The notes below the pieces were generated by a model, which was given only the letters and a program-made list of their open reading frames with translations, was not told the origin of the DNA and did no database searches. DNA of 62,864 nt, counting the filler, from Choristocarpus tenellus KU-1152 (taxonomy: Eukaryota > Protista > Phaeophyceae): the NCBI GenBank assembly GCA_964200185.2. It is 10 parts of 10 records of this genome, joined end to end, with 100 filler letters (N's around TTAATTAATTAA, not from the genome) between each part and the next. Parts side by side here need not be neighbours in the genome. Positions count along the whole stretch, not along the records: positions 20,728 to 35,931 come from CAXNAD020001034.1; positions 36,032 to 45,847 come from CAXNAD020003367.1; 8 more parts are not named here. One strand, 5' to 3'. The translations under genes and the position numbers were made by a program. Below, one piece after another: positions 25,566-39,700 of this stretch (positions are counted from its first letter, which is position 1; each line of letters opens with the position of its first letter).

Positions 25566-28500
25566 TCAGCTGAGCATTGAAAAGTTCAGGGTTAGTTTCA
25601 ACCAAGACACGACAGCTATCAAGGCTAAGGATAAATTGGAGGGGCTACAACTTAGCCTAAATATTTTCTGGGGTTACTTATTTGAAAAGGAGTACTTCTA
25701 AGTATAGCATGAAAAAAAGCCGCAAAAAAATATGCTTACAATGCAAACCTAGTTTCTGAAGCGCCAATTGTACAGAATGTAAAAAATGCTTAATTCACAC
25801 TGTGTGTGCTATCATTTTCAGGCTCTGTGCAATCTATGATCGATGATAGAAAAGATTATTAAATGTGATAACGGTCCAGTTTCCAAGAAATTCAACAGGT
25901 CACATTTCTTCATGAATACAATATTGTAGTATTGGGGTATGGACTGATCCCATGAGCCCTCTATGTCAGACAGAATAGGTTTGACCTGCGGAAGCGGGGA
26001 GGGGATCTGCATACATCATTTCAAGCACATCTCTCCGTTCAAAAATATTGAGGACGCAGTAGGGATAGTGCCCAACCTGGTGGGTTGCCTTGGCAATGTC
26101 CTTAATGAAGACAACAGTATCCTCCAGGACCTCTGAGGGTGCCTGGTGAAACAGCTTGTCAACTAGCCTCCCAACAAGGTCAACACCCAGCTGGTACAGA
26201 AGGGATCGCAGCACCTGAAACACACAGCATACACATGTGGACATGCATCAACAAACACAAACACTACAACACACAAAAACAGACTTGGAGCATATTTGGT
26301 TATGCGAAAGGCTGCTCAAGAGCTGCTAAAACATATCCTCATTAGACCCCCCCCCCTTCGCTCCCCGCCTCTTCACAGGTCACGCGGGCAGAAGTGGACC
26401 TCACAAACGTCGAGCCTCCTTGCAAAAATACCAAAGATAGCACAGCCCTCACACATGTTCTATATTGCACAAAAATCATACTCCAATGGGCACACAGTAA
26501 CACACTCTTGACTGCAACCATAGAAGCACATAATCTGCCAATAACAACATCAACCAAGCAATTGTACAACTTGGTACTTGGAGAGAGAGAGAGAGAGAGC
26601 ATCTCACGTAATGCCAAGCAACACCTTCCCAAGGAAAAAGAACTCACCTCATGTACACACATCCTTCGATCCTTGTCCAAACCCCCTCCCCCAGCCTCCC
26701 AGATGATGTCCAGGTGCGCAGGAGACAATGCCTGCTGCCGACATAAAAAACTCAAGATTTCTCCACTTCTCTGGATGAGCTGTAGCAGACAAAAATACAA
26801 CGCAACGACACGTATCATTCATCATTCAACAGCAAATGTGCGCAACAGACTTTCCAGGGCTTCTGAAGTTGAAACAGTAGTAGGATCAAGTTTAAGTTTT
26901 AGTAACATTATAGCGTTACGGAAAATGAGGACGCAGAGGACATACAACGTAACTCCCTTTTCCATGCTCTCAAATATAGTATCAGTAGAAAATAGGTGTG
27001 ACTTGTGTACTACACTGCACCATAGGCACAAATACACTAATACTCTAATACAGTACACTAGATGGGTCTGGATAGATTTTGAAACATCGAGCAAAGCAAT
27101 GACACTAAGCAAAAGCTTTTTTTTTCGATCAACATCAACGAGAGGGGAAAAAGTGTAAGTAAAAATATCCACAGAGCTCTCACCCAGTACAATATATATA
27201 TATATATATATATATCCTTTGGAGCATGCACGTATGTACCCTCCATCACAACCTTTCCCATCCCCAAACCCTGCAGACTACAGCACAGTTTGTAGTACAC
27301 TCAAGAAGGACAAAGCCCTAACAGTGTACACCGGCTCTATTTATTACTTCCTCCCCTTGGCATCAGTTTGAACAGCTCGCAGGGGCAGGCTACAAATGCA
27401 AAAAATGGTATCAGATTGTCATTTCTTAGCATGAGGGTCTTGCAAAAACCCTTTCAAGAGGTTGCCCTATAATATTAACAAAATCCAACTTAGTCTACCT
27501 ATCCTACACCGGTCACTGCAAAGTCAAAAGAAATGCCTTCCCAAAGCAGCATATTTTCTGCCCTTGTAAACTGTTCAAACTAATACTGAAGGGAGGGTGT
27601 AAGAACCTAACCCTTACCCTGTCCCTCCTCACCATCAATACCAAAATAATCCTGTGACAACCCAAATTATATTCCTTGACCCTACGTTTCAACCCCACAC
27701 ATAAAACCTAGCCTTAACCCAGTGCTTTACACCATAACTTCAAAGATGATTCTAACCCTATCCCTAACCCTCAGTATCACCTTTTAAACTACACATTTTT
27801 AACCCCAAATACAACAATTAACCACCAAATTACAAACACAAAACTAGAAAAAAACTACTGCAGAGTCTAAACCTTTCAATAGGAAAACATATGAACCCTA
27901 ACCCTCACTACCATCATTCAATCTCTTGAATCTACTCCTAAGCCCTACCTCCTAACCCCAGCCTTAACCCAAACCACAAGTGTATGTGGAAGGAAAAAAC
28001 ACTTACACAATGCTTACAACAGAGGTTATTCCCCCCTCAATACTCTTACAATACAGTCACCCTGTGTCAGAGTACATAAGTGTGACCTTCCTAACATCAC
28101 ATGTCTGTACGTAGTACAATAGGAGAACAGCAATCCCAGCACATTCCATACATTTAAACCCTTTCATAACTAAAAACACCAACCCCACCGCAACATGGAG
28201 CTCACTGACATCCACTTGACAGTTGTAATGCCTCCAAGATTGTTTCTCTGAAGTCCATTTCACAATCTATATTACGAGAAGCACCAATAATGTCCATTTA
28301 CACATACATGCACACCTACAACTATATGCACATACATCTAAAGGACACACAAAATTAGAAATACTTCAAGCTACAACTATGATTATTTAGAACCCTATGC
28401 CTGAAAAATGTGCTTCTCGTGAAGTACTTCAACATGCAGACATTACACATGCATAGAAAAACACATATTCGGAATGGTCCTGAGTACGTGTAAAAACCTA

Positions 28501-31500
28501 TAACAAAAAAAAGACAAGACATCAAAGAAAATAACATGCATATCCAGATCCCAGGGCGCATGGCAAATAACATGACACATGTAAACTAAACAGTTTCTAA
28601 ATTACACCTTTCAAACCGCATCCTGTTGGAACAGTTTACAGTGTTGTTAATCGCATTCATTCAATTTAGCACAAGCGAGCTAACCAAAGAATAACTGGCA
28701 TCCAAATCAAAAGACTCTACATGATCGGTCACTACCTTGCATGTGTGTACACATACTGCACGCTTTGCTCAATAGCCTCGCAGACCCTCAGACCCTCGCG
28801 GGCTTCGCAGAGTCTTGCCCGTAGCATGTAACATTTCATTCCTAATCAACTAAGAGTACATTGAACACCTAGAGCTGATCTAACCTGTACAGAGAGAGCT
28901 CACCACGCCTTTTTACTCACAATACGGAAGTTATTTTTTTGTGTTTAATGATGGATTGAAATAGCGGCCCACCACCCAAAAGAATAAAACAAAATAAATA
29001 CTGTCATGAATTAGAAAAAGACGGCAGAGAGACACTAGAAGGCATAACTGCCCAAACCCATGCAAATTCACCTCAAGTAGTATGTCCCAAAGTGTATCCA
29101 TTTTTTGTCATGTTGGTTTTAAAATAATGCTGGAAAAAAAAAGTGAAGAAAACGTATGTCTCACCTGTGTGTGCCCAGAGAAGAGCATCCTGATGAAATT
29201 ATTTTCGTCCAGCCATTCGACCAGACCCTGCATGTCATTTCAATCCCCCAAAAATAATTTTTTTAAAGGCAGCAAGGTGTCAACATTCACTCCAATGTAC
29301 AACGCGTAGCCACATGTCTTCAGTGTGAGATACGATTGCATGCCTGTTGACTCATGTTATCCACTCGCAGCATCAATATATATAGTGGATGTTTTCATGT
29401 GCCAGGAAGGAATCTAAATTAATAGAGGATTGTTGTCATAACATCGACGCACTTCCATCATAATATACCATGTTTTGCTTCTTGAATCGGACTTATCAAG
29501 ATGATGAAGAGCAGTGCAGAACAAGGACAAAGTCAAAAGAGAAGATCAAAAAGCAGTAAGTAGTTAACACAAATACAATGTCGTAATACAATGGTTTCAG
29601 AGGTTCTTTTACACACCACAGACTAGGGGGTAGGGTTAATAGAGTTGTGACCACACAAAGTATAATTGTGGTTCCCTGCTATCCATCCCCAGCCATCACC
29701 ATCCATCAAAACAAAAGTATCTAACTTCCAACCAGGCACAAAAATCAATACAATTGATACATCAGTTTCTCTTTGTTAAACCTACAAAATGGATATTTCT
29801 ATTGATCAAACACATGCACTAATGAGCACTCACACTCCTACAAAAGCGGTTTAGCTCAAAAGTAACATCAGGTACAAAAATATGTCGAAATACCACTTGC
29901 ACCTGACCCTGTCAAACATACACCATACAGCCCCTGCCTCAAAACACTCAACCCCACATCAACCATCACCCTAGCCCTAGCCACACACAAACAGGGGGAG
30001 AGGGGAAGGGGAAAGGTACTTCAACTGAGCTTACTTGGCGTGTCAGACCTGCACCATTTCCTTGGGTGACAGCAGAAACGGCATCAGTCAACACCTTGAG
30101 GCCGTTCAATTTGCGCTCCATATACGGACACCTTTGATCAAATTTGGGTTGTTGCAGGTCAGGATTTGAGGAAAGGATGTAAGATAGATCAAGGCAGTTC
30201 ATCTACGAAAGAACGCAAGGTTAAATTAATATGGCAATCAAGGGGGGGTGGGGGGGAGGGGGGAGGCTTGGGCCCTTCGACAAACAACAAGAGCTAGAAT
30301 TAGGGTTTGGGGTAGTGATTGGGTAAAGGAACAAGGGGATTGTTGACTCGTGAGACTAATAACTCGCTATTGTCATTCAATCCAAACATCATGACACACA
30401 AAAATCATGACCACTCTAATCCTGCACCTACCTCTATGTATGTTATACACTCCTCCTCCCCTCCCCCTGATCCCTCCACTCCAGGGGGCACTACCACAAC
30501 CTCAGCCAGAACTTACTGAACTGAAATTTGCAGGTACTAAGGCTTTACATGGAGCAAAAAATAACACAAAATAGTGTATGTCATATCTCAACACATTACA
30601 CACAAAAATGATCAAAATATTCTCATCAAAACAAAAAATGCCTCCCTGAACATACACCAATCCTGTCATTTCAGGAGCATCGAGATCATTCCTCCCTCCC
30701 TCAAGATATGGAGTCCCCCAAGGCCTCCAACTTCCCACCTCCCCTCACTTGTAAAACTTGAGTGCTAGGTCAAGCTGGAGCCTCTCCATAGTCACCGCCA
30801 CCAGACCTCTCCTGGAACCCCTCTTCAGTAATTCTCTCAGGGCAGATAGGATGCCCTCAAGGCGGTCCCGGCTCAGTCCACGCAACTCTGTGTCAGGAAA
30901 CCTATAAAATGTTGTTCAGAAAAATGAACTAACTACATTACTAAATCTCTCTCTCAAGAGGGAAGCAAGTTGCAACCAAAACATCTAACAAAAAACTAAA
31001 AGACTCTGAATGTATAATTGTAAACAGAATCAACAAGGAAAGCTCTTAACAATGTAACAAAACATTCCACAAAAGAGTGTACCTCTCCTCTTTTGAGGGA
31101 GTCAAAAAAAAAAATCAAGAACACAAACACAACAAAATACCATAAATACACAAGTACTCTTTCCGATTAAATGTGACCATCGCTCCTTCACATATCATGG
31201 AAAAGGCACATTAGTGACAGGACAATAGGAAAGCTAGAACAATGCCCAAAAAACGCACCCCTTAAGTGCAGCAATAGATGCAGTAGCCAATCCCTGGATG
31301 ATACTTGAAGCAACCCCTCGTGATAGCAGAGGACGGATAGACGCTACAGCACCAACTGCATCCTTGAGTGCCCTTGCTGGTATGGTTTTCTTAGGTTCCC
31401 GCAGCGCTTCCCCAGTCCCAGTGTGAGTCACACTCTCAGGCATAGCCATGACCTCACCTCTCGCATTCACAGCCGTGGCAGATTCTTCTTCACTAGCTAA

Positions 31501-34500
31501 GGCCCTAACCATGGTCTCTGCCCCTTCCCCTACACCTGCCATTTCATCCAACAGCTTGGGGGAAGAAGGATCAGAAGTGGGCATTACCTGCAAAGACCTT
31601 GGGTCAACCTGAGGGGGATTTATGCAAGCAACAAGGGCTTCAAAGCCCCCGGCACGGCCAAATGTGTTGATGTTATCCACCTGAAGTGCATAGGGAGTAC
31701 GGAGGGGGGTGGGGGGTGGGGGGTGGGGGGTGAAGAAAGGGGGGTTAAGCAAGATCTATAGTCATTTATTGGTACTACGTCCATAGGACTATACTTTGGA
31801 ATCTGACTAAACTACCTGGGCCTTATACATATGCTATGATACAGGAGTGCTGGCAAAGCCCACCAACATCAAAAACCATAATGCCATATTGATCGTCTCT
31901 GCTGCAGCCTACAAGAGGAGGAGACCCTGGGCATGTCCAAAACATCTAATGCCACAAGAAGAAAGGGTACTGATCATGGGGATTAACTGTGTCAATGCAT
32001 GCCTTGATACTTAGTAGAAGTGTATCACATTACAGGTATGCTTATCTCCATTTACCATGTACTTTTACATGACAAAAGTTGACCCAAATCTCTCAACACC
32101 AAGTTACGTCAAGAGTGAAAGGAGTGGCATCATCATGACAACATCACAGCATCAAACCAGAACAAAACTGCAACCACTAGCACTGTGCCATTACAGTTCC
32201 TCTGCCACATTTGTTAGCAAATCCGTTCTGTAATACTGACAACATGCAGAGCGGAACAAACAAACTAAAATCGCACCTCCATCACATGCCTCACCCATAA
32301 CTTCACTTCACATCTCCAAAAAAAACACATAAACACAGACTGCACAACCATGCCTTGCACTGCCTATCAGCACTTCAATTTCCAAGACTTACAGTGTACA
32401 TACAAGACAACATGCTGATCAACTCCCATACCTCCAGGATAACACCCACACCCAAACTCAAAGCACCACTATACCCAGTAGTAGAAAAGGAAGTAATCCT
32501 GCTAACCAGTTGCCCCAACAACTCCCACCAGCAAAAAAAATGTTACAGTAAGTTCAGCAGAGCAGTGTAGCTATGCAAGAAGCCTCCAATACTACATGTT
32601 GATTAACATACATTGTTACAACAAAATATCAGAATGTCATCTTACGCTCCGCTAACCTACACTCCACAGTCATCTGAAACCGGGAACTTCCTGGAGTAAC
32701 AGAAGGGCCATGCTAAAAAGGCCTACTTGAAAGGACATATATTCAACCTCTTTTCTTCCCCTGAACCTCTACTTCTTCATAATCCATAACTGAACCTAGT
32801 TGTTGACTCTCATCCTCATAAACTACCCCTAATCAAAAACAACCCCAAGACCTACCCTAACCCTGAATCATACTTCGAATACAGTGCACAAGTTAGCTTG
32901 TATATCTAACTTAGATCCTGGAGCTCTTACGATTCCAATACCTGCAACCATTGTTAGGTTCTCATTTGGGACCTTGTTAACCCGAATCCTACCCAGAACT
33001 CAACCCTAACCACCATACACCAATTCACTATCACCCCACCTCTAGTCCCACCACACAACTCCTGAACGTAACCCCTACAGAAAAATATTTCAAGAAATCC
33101 ATGCTGCTGTGCCACAGCACCCTAAGGAATTGTAAACTATCCAATGATAAGCCCCAACTGCAGTGGAAATACTCTATGCTAGACAATACCATGACTTGTA
33201 CACAATCAATCTGCTACCATAGCAGTCGCTACCATCTTGACCTATTGCACACCATCACTACTAATGAAATTTAACTGTAGGTCACAGAAAAGAGTACATG
33301 TATTACCACACACAGTACAATATAGACAGTGCACACCACTTCTCATCCCAACCCTCTCTTCCACAAGATCATGCAATCGCTGAACTAGTTCTGTACTTTG
33401 AAAATATAACCCTTGCACTCAAACAGACCTTTGTAGTTCAACCCTATCCCAGGCCTCGACTACATAAAAGACATGATACACAACAGAATACACTCCTGAA
33501 CATATACCCTGCTAGTGCATTCATACAGCAAAAGACACCACAATTCAAACGATAAATGTTACTCACGGAACCTTACCTCCACAGTCAAAGACAAAAACAA
33601 ACCTCTGTACTACAATATCCCCTGCTACAGATCACCATCTCAACTGATCACACTTCAATCCAGGTTGTCCATGATGATTTTAATGGCAACTTCATAGTAT
33701 CAAACAGATCCACATAGCAGCACACAATTTTCTTATCCTCAAATTGATTCGGCATTATTGTCAACAGAGAAAACTTCTTGAAAATTTATGGAATACTTCA
33801 ACATTATTGGCAATAAAAATATACCTCGACAGTTTCATAATACAAATAAGAATTTCTAGGTGAGAACAATATGCATGTACTATGCACAGGAAAACTCATC
33901 ACCTTTGCATACTCATCTCACCAAGCAAATCCCCCCATTGAATCCATTCTGCCCACTGCCAGCATCACCCTGCCGCACCACAGCATAGACCACCTCCCCA
34001 TCAACACTCAGCTCAGGGTCACCACTGTCATCCACAGGGGCCTGAACAACAAGGGGATGCATGTGCACAAACGTAATTACATGCGCATGCATGCATGCAT
34101 GCATGCATGTGTGTGTGTGTGTCTGTCTGTCTGTCTGTCTGTCTATCTGTCTGTCTCTCTGTCTGTTTGTGTGTATGTGTACTTGTGTACAACAGTGGGG
34201 GTGAACGCAAAAGGGGAGGAAGGTGGCAAGGGGTTACGAGAGATTAATCGAGGGAGAAAATTGAGAGATAAAATTGGGATCCACCTATATAAAAAAAATA
34301 TTGCTCCTTGTGTTTACACTTTCAGAAGTTGTAACTCCATATTCATTCTCCAAGACATCCAGGCATACAAAACATGACATCACTGCATTACTCGTTTGTT
34401 ATGGTCAATCACCACTCTCGAACACCCCTTATACCTTAAGAAACTGGAAAACCTTCTCTACAGCACTGAGGGTCAGCCAGACAGTGCAGCATTAGGGAAT

Positions 34501-35931
34501 AGTCACAAGGAGCCAGGTATGTGTGCATGCGTGCGTGGGTGGGTGTGTGTGTGCATGTATGTGTGCCCTCCAGTTGTATACTATGAAGGAGTTGATAGAG
34601 GTGAAAACGGTTGGTTGCTTGAGTCTCCACCTTCTCCCTTGAGTATGCCACAAATGTGCACGTAGATGTACTATGGTACAAATCAGATCTGCATCAATTC
34701 CAACTTTCACTACTCAAAAAAATGACCACACAATCACACTACGATCCAATGATATGCAACTGCACCATGATGGACAACACCACTTGCAGGTCTTGCAGAA
34801 GGGTAGGATAATCTAATCATATGAAACAAGTTCCAGCCCTCCACCTTGCAATTGACAACATGGCTCGTGATTTTTGCAATGATTGAAAAACAATACATCC
34901 TTGCAGGAAGAAAAGAACACCAAATAAAAATTATTCACCACTAACAATTGGACAGATAGATGCACATTCACATTCATTCCTTTCTAGAGCAAATCAGACA
35001 AAAAGCAGGAACCAGTCCAGCTGAAAGTAATGTAGGTTTGGTAAGAACTCCAAGACAAAACCCAAAATTCCAAAAAGGGCAATCCAAAGGGCACACACAA
35101 AAGAGAAGGTTACCATTCCTCCCCCCCCCAAAGAACCTAATTTATCCTCTCTTTCAGAAACCACCCCTTGCCATGCTCCTGCCCCTACACACCCCTAACT
35201 CCTTGGTGCCCATAGTTAAAATGCTATAATTTAAATCTAGGCCAATTAGTCGTTCAAACAGTCACTTGGATACTCAAAATATCAGAGTTCTGTTCTATAA
35301 ACATTTTTTGAACATAATAATTCTAATTTTTCTTTATCATACACATCAAACAAATCTCTTGAATAATGCTAATGAACTCGGCCTTGCTCTTCTTGACTAC
35401 GAAGATACTGGGGCATTTATCTCTATCAGCACTTCCATTTTCGAAAGCTTCAAGTATCTGGTTTTTACAGATGAATGACATATCGAGCAATTGGTGCATA
35501 ATAATTTCCCATCTTATACAAGAGACTGATTGATCTTATCTGACCCATTCTATTATCTCACTAACCTCTAAAAGTGGAACATTCTCGGGGCTAAAATTGC
35601 AGTAAAAGAATTTGACTAAAGATTAATTCTGTCAGGAAATGCTAGCCCCCCCTACCTCCCCCCCCTCCCCCAAATCCACCATCTAACCTCCTCAGTCCAA
35701 GAGTTCCTCCAGGAAGCCCTCGAGTTCAGGGGCTGCACCCGGTGGCTCCAAGATGGAAGCCACTCATCCCGCTTAGCTCCCCACCCAAAAAACCTTTGAA
35801 CAACTCGCCCATGTTCCTGTTCTTGACCGCGCCCTCGCCCTGCCCAGGGTGCACCAGGAAACCACGAAGACCTTGTGGCTACCTCCTCCACCGACCCCAT
35901 GGCACCATCCATCTCCTCAAACTCCCCTACT
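20728..35931 (-). CDS. USP9X/USP24/USP34-family ubiquitin-specific protease, N-terminal helical region (partial)
   Basis: Phase-consistent GT-AG exons: 35931-35688, 34041-33922, 31680-31259, 30901-30749, 30131-30035, 29227-29165, 26779-26648, 26214-26077, 25184-25077, 23661-23563, 22640-22519, 21769-21652, then 20988 to the gap. Peptides LVDNINTFGRAGGFEAL, ERKLNGLKVL, LVEWLDENNF, LSPAHLDIIWEA, LLDLLWSMV and SHLVQVKARLQMLEYL…QADMLWACL follow the order of conserved USP9X/24 blocks. The catalytic domain is not in this contig. Confidence 0.85.
21815..22075 (+). mobile_element. MITE family B (intronic)
   Basis: GAGTGAAAGTATCTTAGAGGGTA…TACCCTCTAAGATACTTTGGCTC; AAA on both flanks. Confidence 0.9.
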
Positions 35932-36300
35932 NNNNNNNNNNNNNNNNNNNNNNNNNNNNNNNNNNNNNNNNNNNNTTAATTAATTAANNNNNNNNNNNNN
36001 NNNNNNNNNNNNNNNNNNNNNNNNNNNNNNNTAATCGTTGTTCTAGTGAGTGGTACATCTCTTTTTCCAGTACCCTTGTTTTCCAAAGAAACATCTTTTT
36101 ACCCCCCCCCCCCCACCACCAATCTTTTCTAGCCCTCTCCAGTTCAACCATGAAATACCTTTGATTTGGTGTGTGATTATACCATCTTTTGCATATGTTA
36201 GAGATGGTGCAATCAATGTTTTACACTTGGTGACTCACAGTGAACAATGAACAAGAACACAAATTTGTTGATGTAGTTATTGTGGAGTGCTAAGAACAAC

Positions 36301-36702
36301 AGGATAATGCTTGTCTTGTCTCTCAATACAAGTGTGATTACTTACTGTCTGATACCCACTCCTTGATACTTTACAGTACGACAACTGTGATATATTCCAA
36401 GGTTAATGCTTGTCTTGTCTCTCAATACAAGTGCCATTACTTACTGTCTAATATCTGCTCCTTGATACTTTACAGTACGACAACTTTGATATATTCTAAG
36501 GTTAATACTTTTCTTGACTCTCAATACAATTGTCATTACTTACTGTCTGATACCCACTCCTCGATACTTTACAGTACGACAACTTTGATCTATTCCAAGG
36601 TTAATGCTAGTCTTGTCTCTCAATACAAGTGTCATTACTTACTGCCTGTTACTTACCCCTTGACACCCTGCAGTACAACAACTTTGAGATATTCCGAGTT
36701 AA
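36301..36702 (+). repeat. 99-bp tandem repeat, about 4 copies, overlapping the eIF3b splice acceptor
   Basis: Units start at 36301, 36400, 36499 and 36598 (AGG(A/T)TAAT…TCTCAATACAA…TTACTTACTG…CAGTAC(G/A)ACAACT). Confidence 0.92.
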
Positions 36703-39700
36703 GGAGCCCCTCGTGCCTGTTGAGACCAAAGAGAAGAAGCAAACCGTTGTTGCCTTTGCTTGGGAGCCATCCGGTGATCGATTTGCACTCATCTTGGGTG
36801 ACGTGCCGAAGCTTGATGTGGTATTCTACACAATGAAGGTAGGTAGACTGGCTTTCATGACCTTGGGGGGGTGGTAGGGTCATGGGTTAGATTTGACTTT
36901 GTGCAATGTGCTATGTTCAAGTACATTCCAGAATTTCAATCACGTGGGAGGTGTGAAGAAGAGTCGATGCTGTTACCTATTTCTTATTTTGTTCATTTTT
37001 TTTTGTTTTTTACTGTGTCGTTGTTGAGAGGCGTATTATTTTCCCTTGGTGTCTGGTAAAGTAGGGTTAGGGTTAGGGTTTGATTTTTGGGTGTGCTTTA
37101 TCAGTTGGGAGTGTGGCTTGGTTTCCTTTTTTTTTGTAATGGAGAACTTTCTTTGTGAAGGTTGGGGTTAGGGTTACTTGTCATGTGATCTGTAAAGAGA
37201 TGCAGTCGATACCATTTAGATCTTACTTAGGCTTGACTGTATTGTCAATCTTTTTTGAAGGATTCAAGATGGTGAGACACAGTACAGTGGCACACGCTAT
37301 GTCTTGCCTTCCGGTGAAAATGCTGAGATGAATGTGTGTGTGTGAGTAATGGGTATTGATGAATAAAAATAAAATGTTTGTTAACCCTTCTCGATATTTC
37401 AAAGATATCAGGATTTCTACTAAACCAGGAAGGCATGTTCGAGGTCATTGTGCGTTGAGAATGACAGTATGTGTAAATTTGCACTGGACTTGGTATTGCT
37501 ACCAGTTATTGCTACTAGTGCATTCACCTCGCCTATGAATTGATCAACGTAGGTCAGTATCTGTAACAACACATCCCCCCCTCCCCCCAGCCCTACCCCA
37601 AGTTATTGTTCTGTTTATCACAAAATATATACGGTAACAAGTACATCATGTCCTCTAAACTTCCAGGGTGGGACTGGGAAGAACGAACTGCAGGAGCTGG
37701 AAACGGTCTCAGACCGACCTTTCAATCATATCTACTGGTCTCCCATGGGACAGACATGTGTTATGGCTGCGATGGGGGATGCTGTTGGTCCTCACAATGG
37801 GAGATTGGAGGTGAGTATGAAGGGAAGAGATTCTTTTCTTGTCTGTTTGGAGATTATTGTAGGAAAGATATTTGTGATCTTCAGGTTTGTGAGGACCCTT
37901 TTTAGTATTTTATTTTTTCATATTAATTTTTTGTATTATTGCGATCCTAGGTGCAGAACTATTGCCATGCTGCCTGCTCCATCGGAATGCATGGTTAAGG
38001 TGTAGCAAATGATTGTTTTATTTTTATTAGTCTGATTTGATAGGATTATTTTTGTCTTCTCTATGCTTCTGGAAGTACCAAGACATCAAATAAAAAAGAA
38101 TATTTGTGACATCGTAGGTTCTATGTTTTTGTGTGTTTTTTTATTTTCCGGGTGTGTGCTTGAAATACTTTTGGCTCACATCAGGCTTATGTCTCTTGTG
38201 TTTTAAGAGTGATAGTCCAAGGTGAGGATGGACTCTTGATTGGCAAGCTGGATGTGAATAGATCTTGTAATTATGAAGTATAGTGATGCAATTGGTTATA
38301 CCTAGACATGTACCCTCTCTGTGGTGTCAAATGTTTTGAATGTTTAAGTTTGTGCAGTCATAAAAAGCCTTTGTATTTGTAGTGAAAAAATATCTTTTTT
38401 TGAGGTTTCTAGAGTAACCTCCCCCCCCCCCACCTCTGCTGTAACTACACATCTTGGTGAAAAGTTTTATGATGTGGAGAACCAGGCGACTCTGAAACAG
38501 ACAGAGCACTTAAGGGCAAACTACATTGAGTGGGATCCTTCCGGAAGGTATGTTTGCACCGCGGTCTCACAACCTGTCACTGGAAGTCACTGGAAGGCAC
38601 AGATGGACAATGGATATCAACTGTTCTCATTTCAGGTGAACTGATGGGAAGGAAGGTTGGGAAGTTTTGAGGGCTTTGTAGCTGTGAAGGAACTTGATGG
38701 TTGTTTATGTTGTCAGTGGTATGAGTGGAAAATATTTGAATTTTTCTGTTCAAAAGCAAAAAATTAGGGGTGTTTATGAAGTACATTAAAGGCAACGGTG
38801 TAGATAGTACCAAGTATAGGATGGTTAGATCTCTGTCTTCAAACGTCCTTATTGCTGTCTGGTTAAACAAGATTCTATGCAGTTCCCTGGTTGAACCTGC
38901 ACCTTGAATAAACTAGAGATTTCTAACCTTGGGTGTAGGGATGAGGAAGAGGAAGAGGGCAGTGAATGAACCTCTTCATCGATAGTGTTAAGTCTGTATC
39001 AGACATCAGGCGTAGGTTTATATTACCTCATTGTTTTGTGTAGAATATTTGATGATGAGCATGAATTGGACTTTGGAATGACACTTACGCCACTGACACA
39101 CACAAAGAGTGAGAGAGATACATCAACCATAGTGTGACCTGTTAACCTCTACTTGGAGTTTTGTAGGGTGCTTGGATGGCATGAGTTGTTTAACACTATT
39201 TCATGGCACAGTGTGCTGTCAGGTGGAGGGATTGCAAGCGTTTGTTTGCTTGTAACTGATCCTCCATCCGATGCACTTGAAAGCATAGTTTGCTATGGTG
39301 CCTACATTTTCCGCTGGTCATGACAGTTAGCAAACTGCTGAAAAGTAGCCTTGTGTGTCATGTGACCAGCAGCGGCCAGACAACCGCTCACCTATTCCAC
39401 GGATGCCTCCCATCTTCCCTCTCTTGGAGGGAAGAGTTTCAGGGAGTGTTGTCTACTATATCACTGGTGAACATTTTTGCATGGTGTTCATGGGCATTTT
39501 GCATTTGCTGACGGTTGGGTTGTGTAGGTGGTCTGAAGGCTGGTGAAATACTCTTGAACTTTTAGGGCACGATGTCAGTTGGGTTTTTTTTAATGGTTCT
39601 GTGGTGTAGATTTTTTTTTGTAATGCTTGAAATGATTGATTTAAATCTTACTCAGTTTGGCGTAAGGTTCAGTTTGTGGTGAATACTCATTGGAGCAGAT

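Noticed and set aside
26394-27158. 254-aa plus ORF (and the 205-aa ORF at 22884-23501)
   Set aside because: Antisense to USP introns and exons; C/A-rich strand is depleted of stops; no motifs.
36301-36702. Possible CRISPR-like array or the repetitive 157-aa ORF at 36363-36836
   Set aside because: Whole 99-bp units are homologous with no unique spacers; the ORF is open only because the unit length is a multiple of 3, and the true exon uses another frame.
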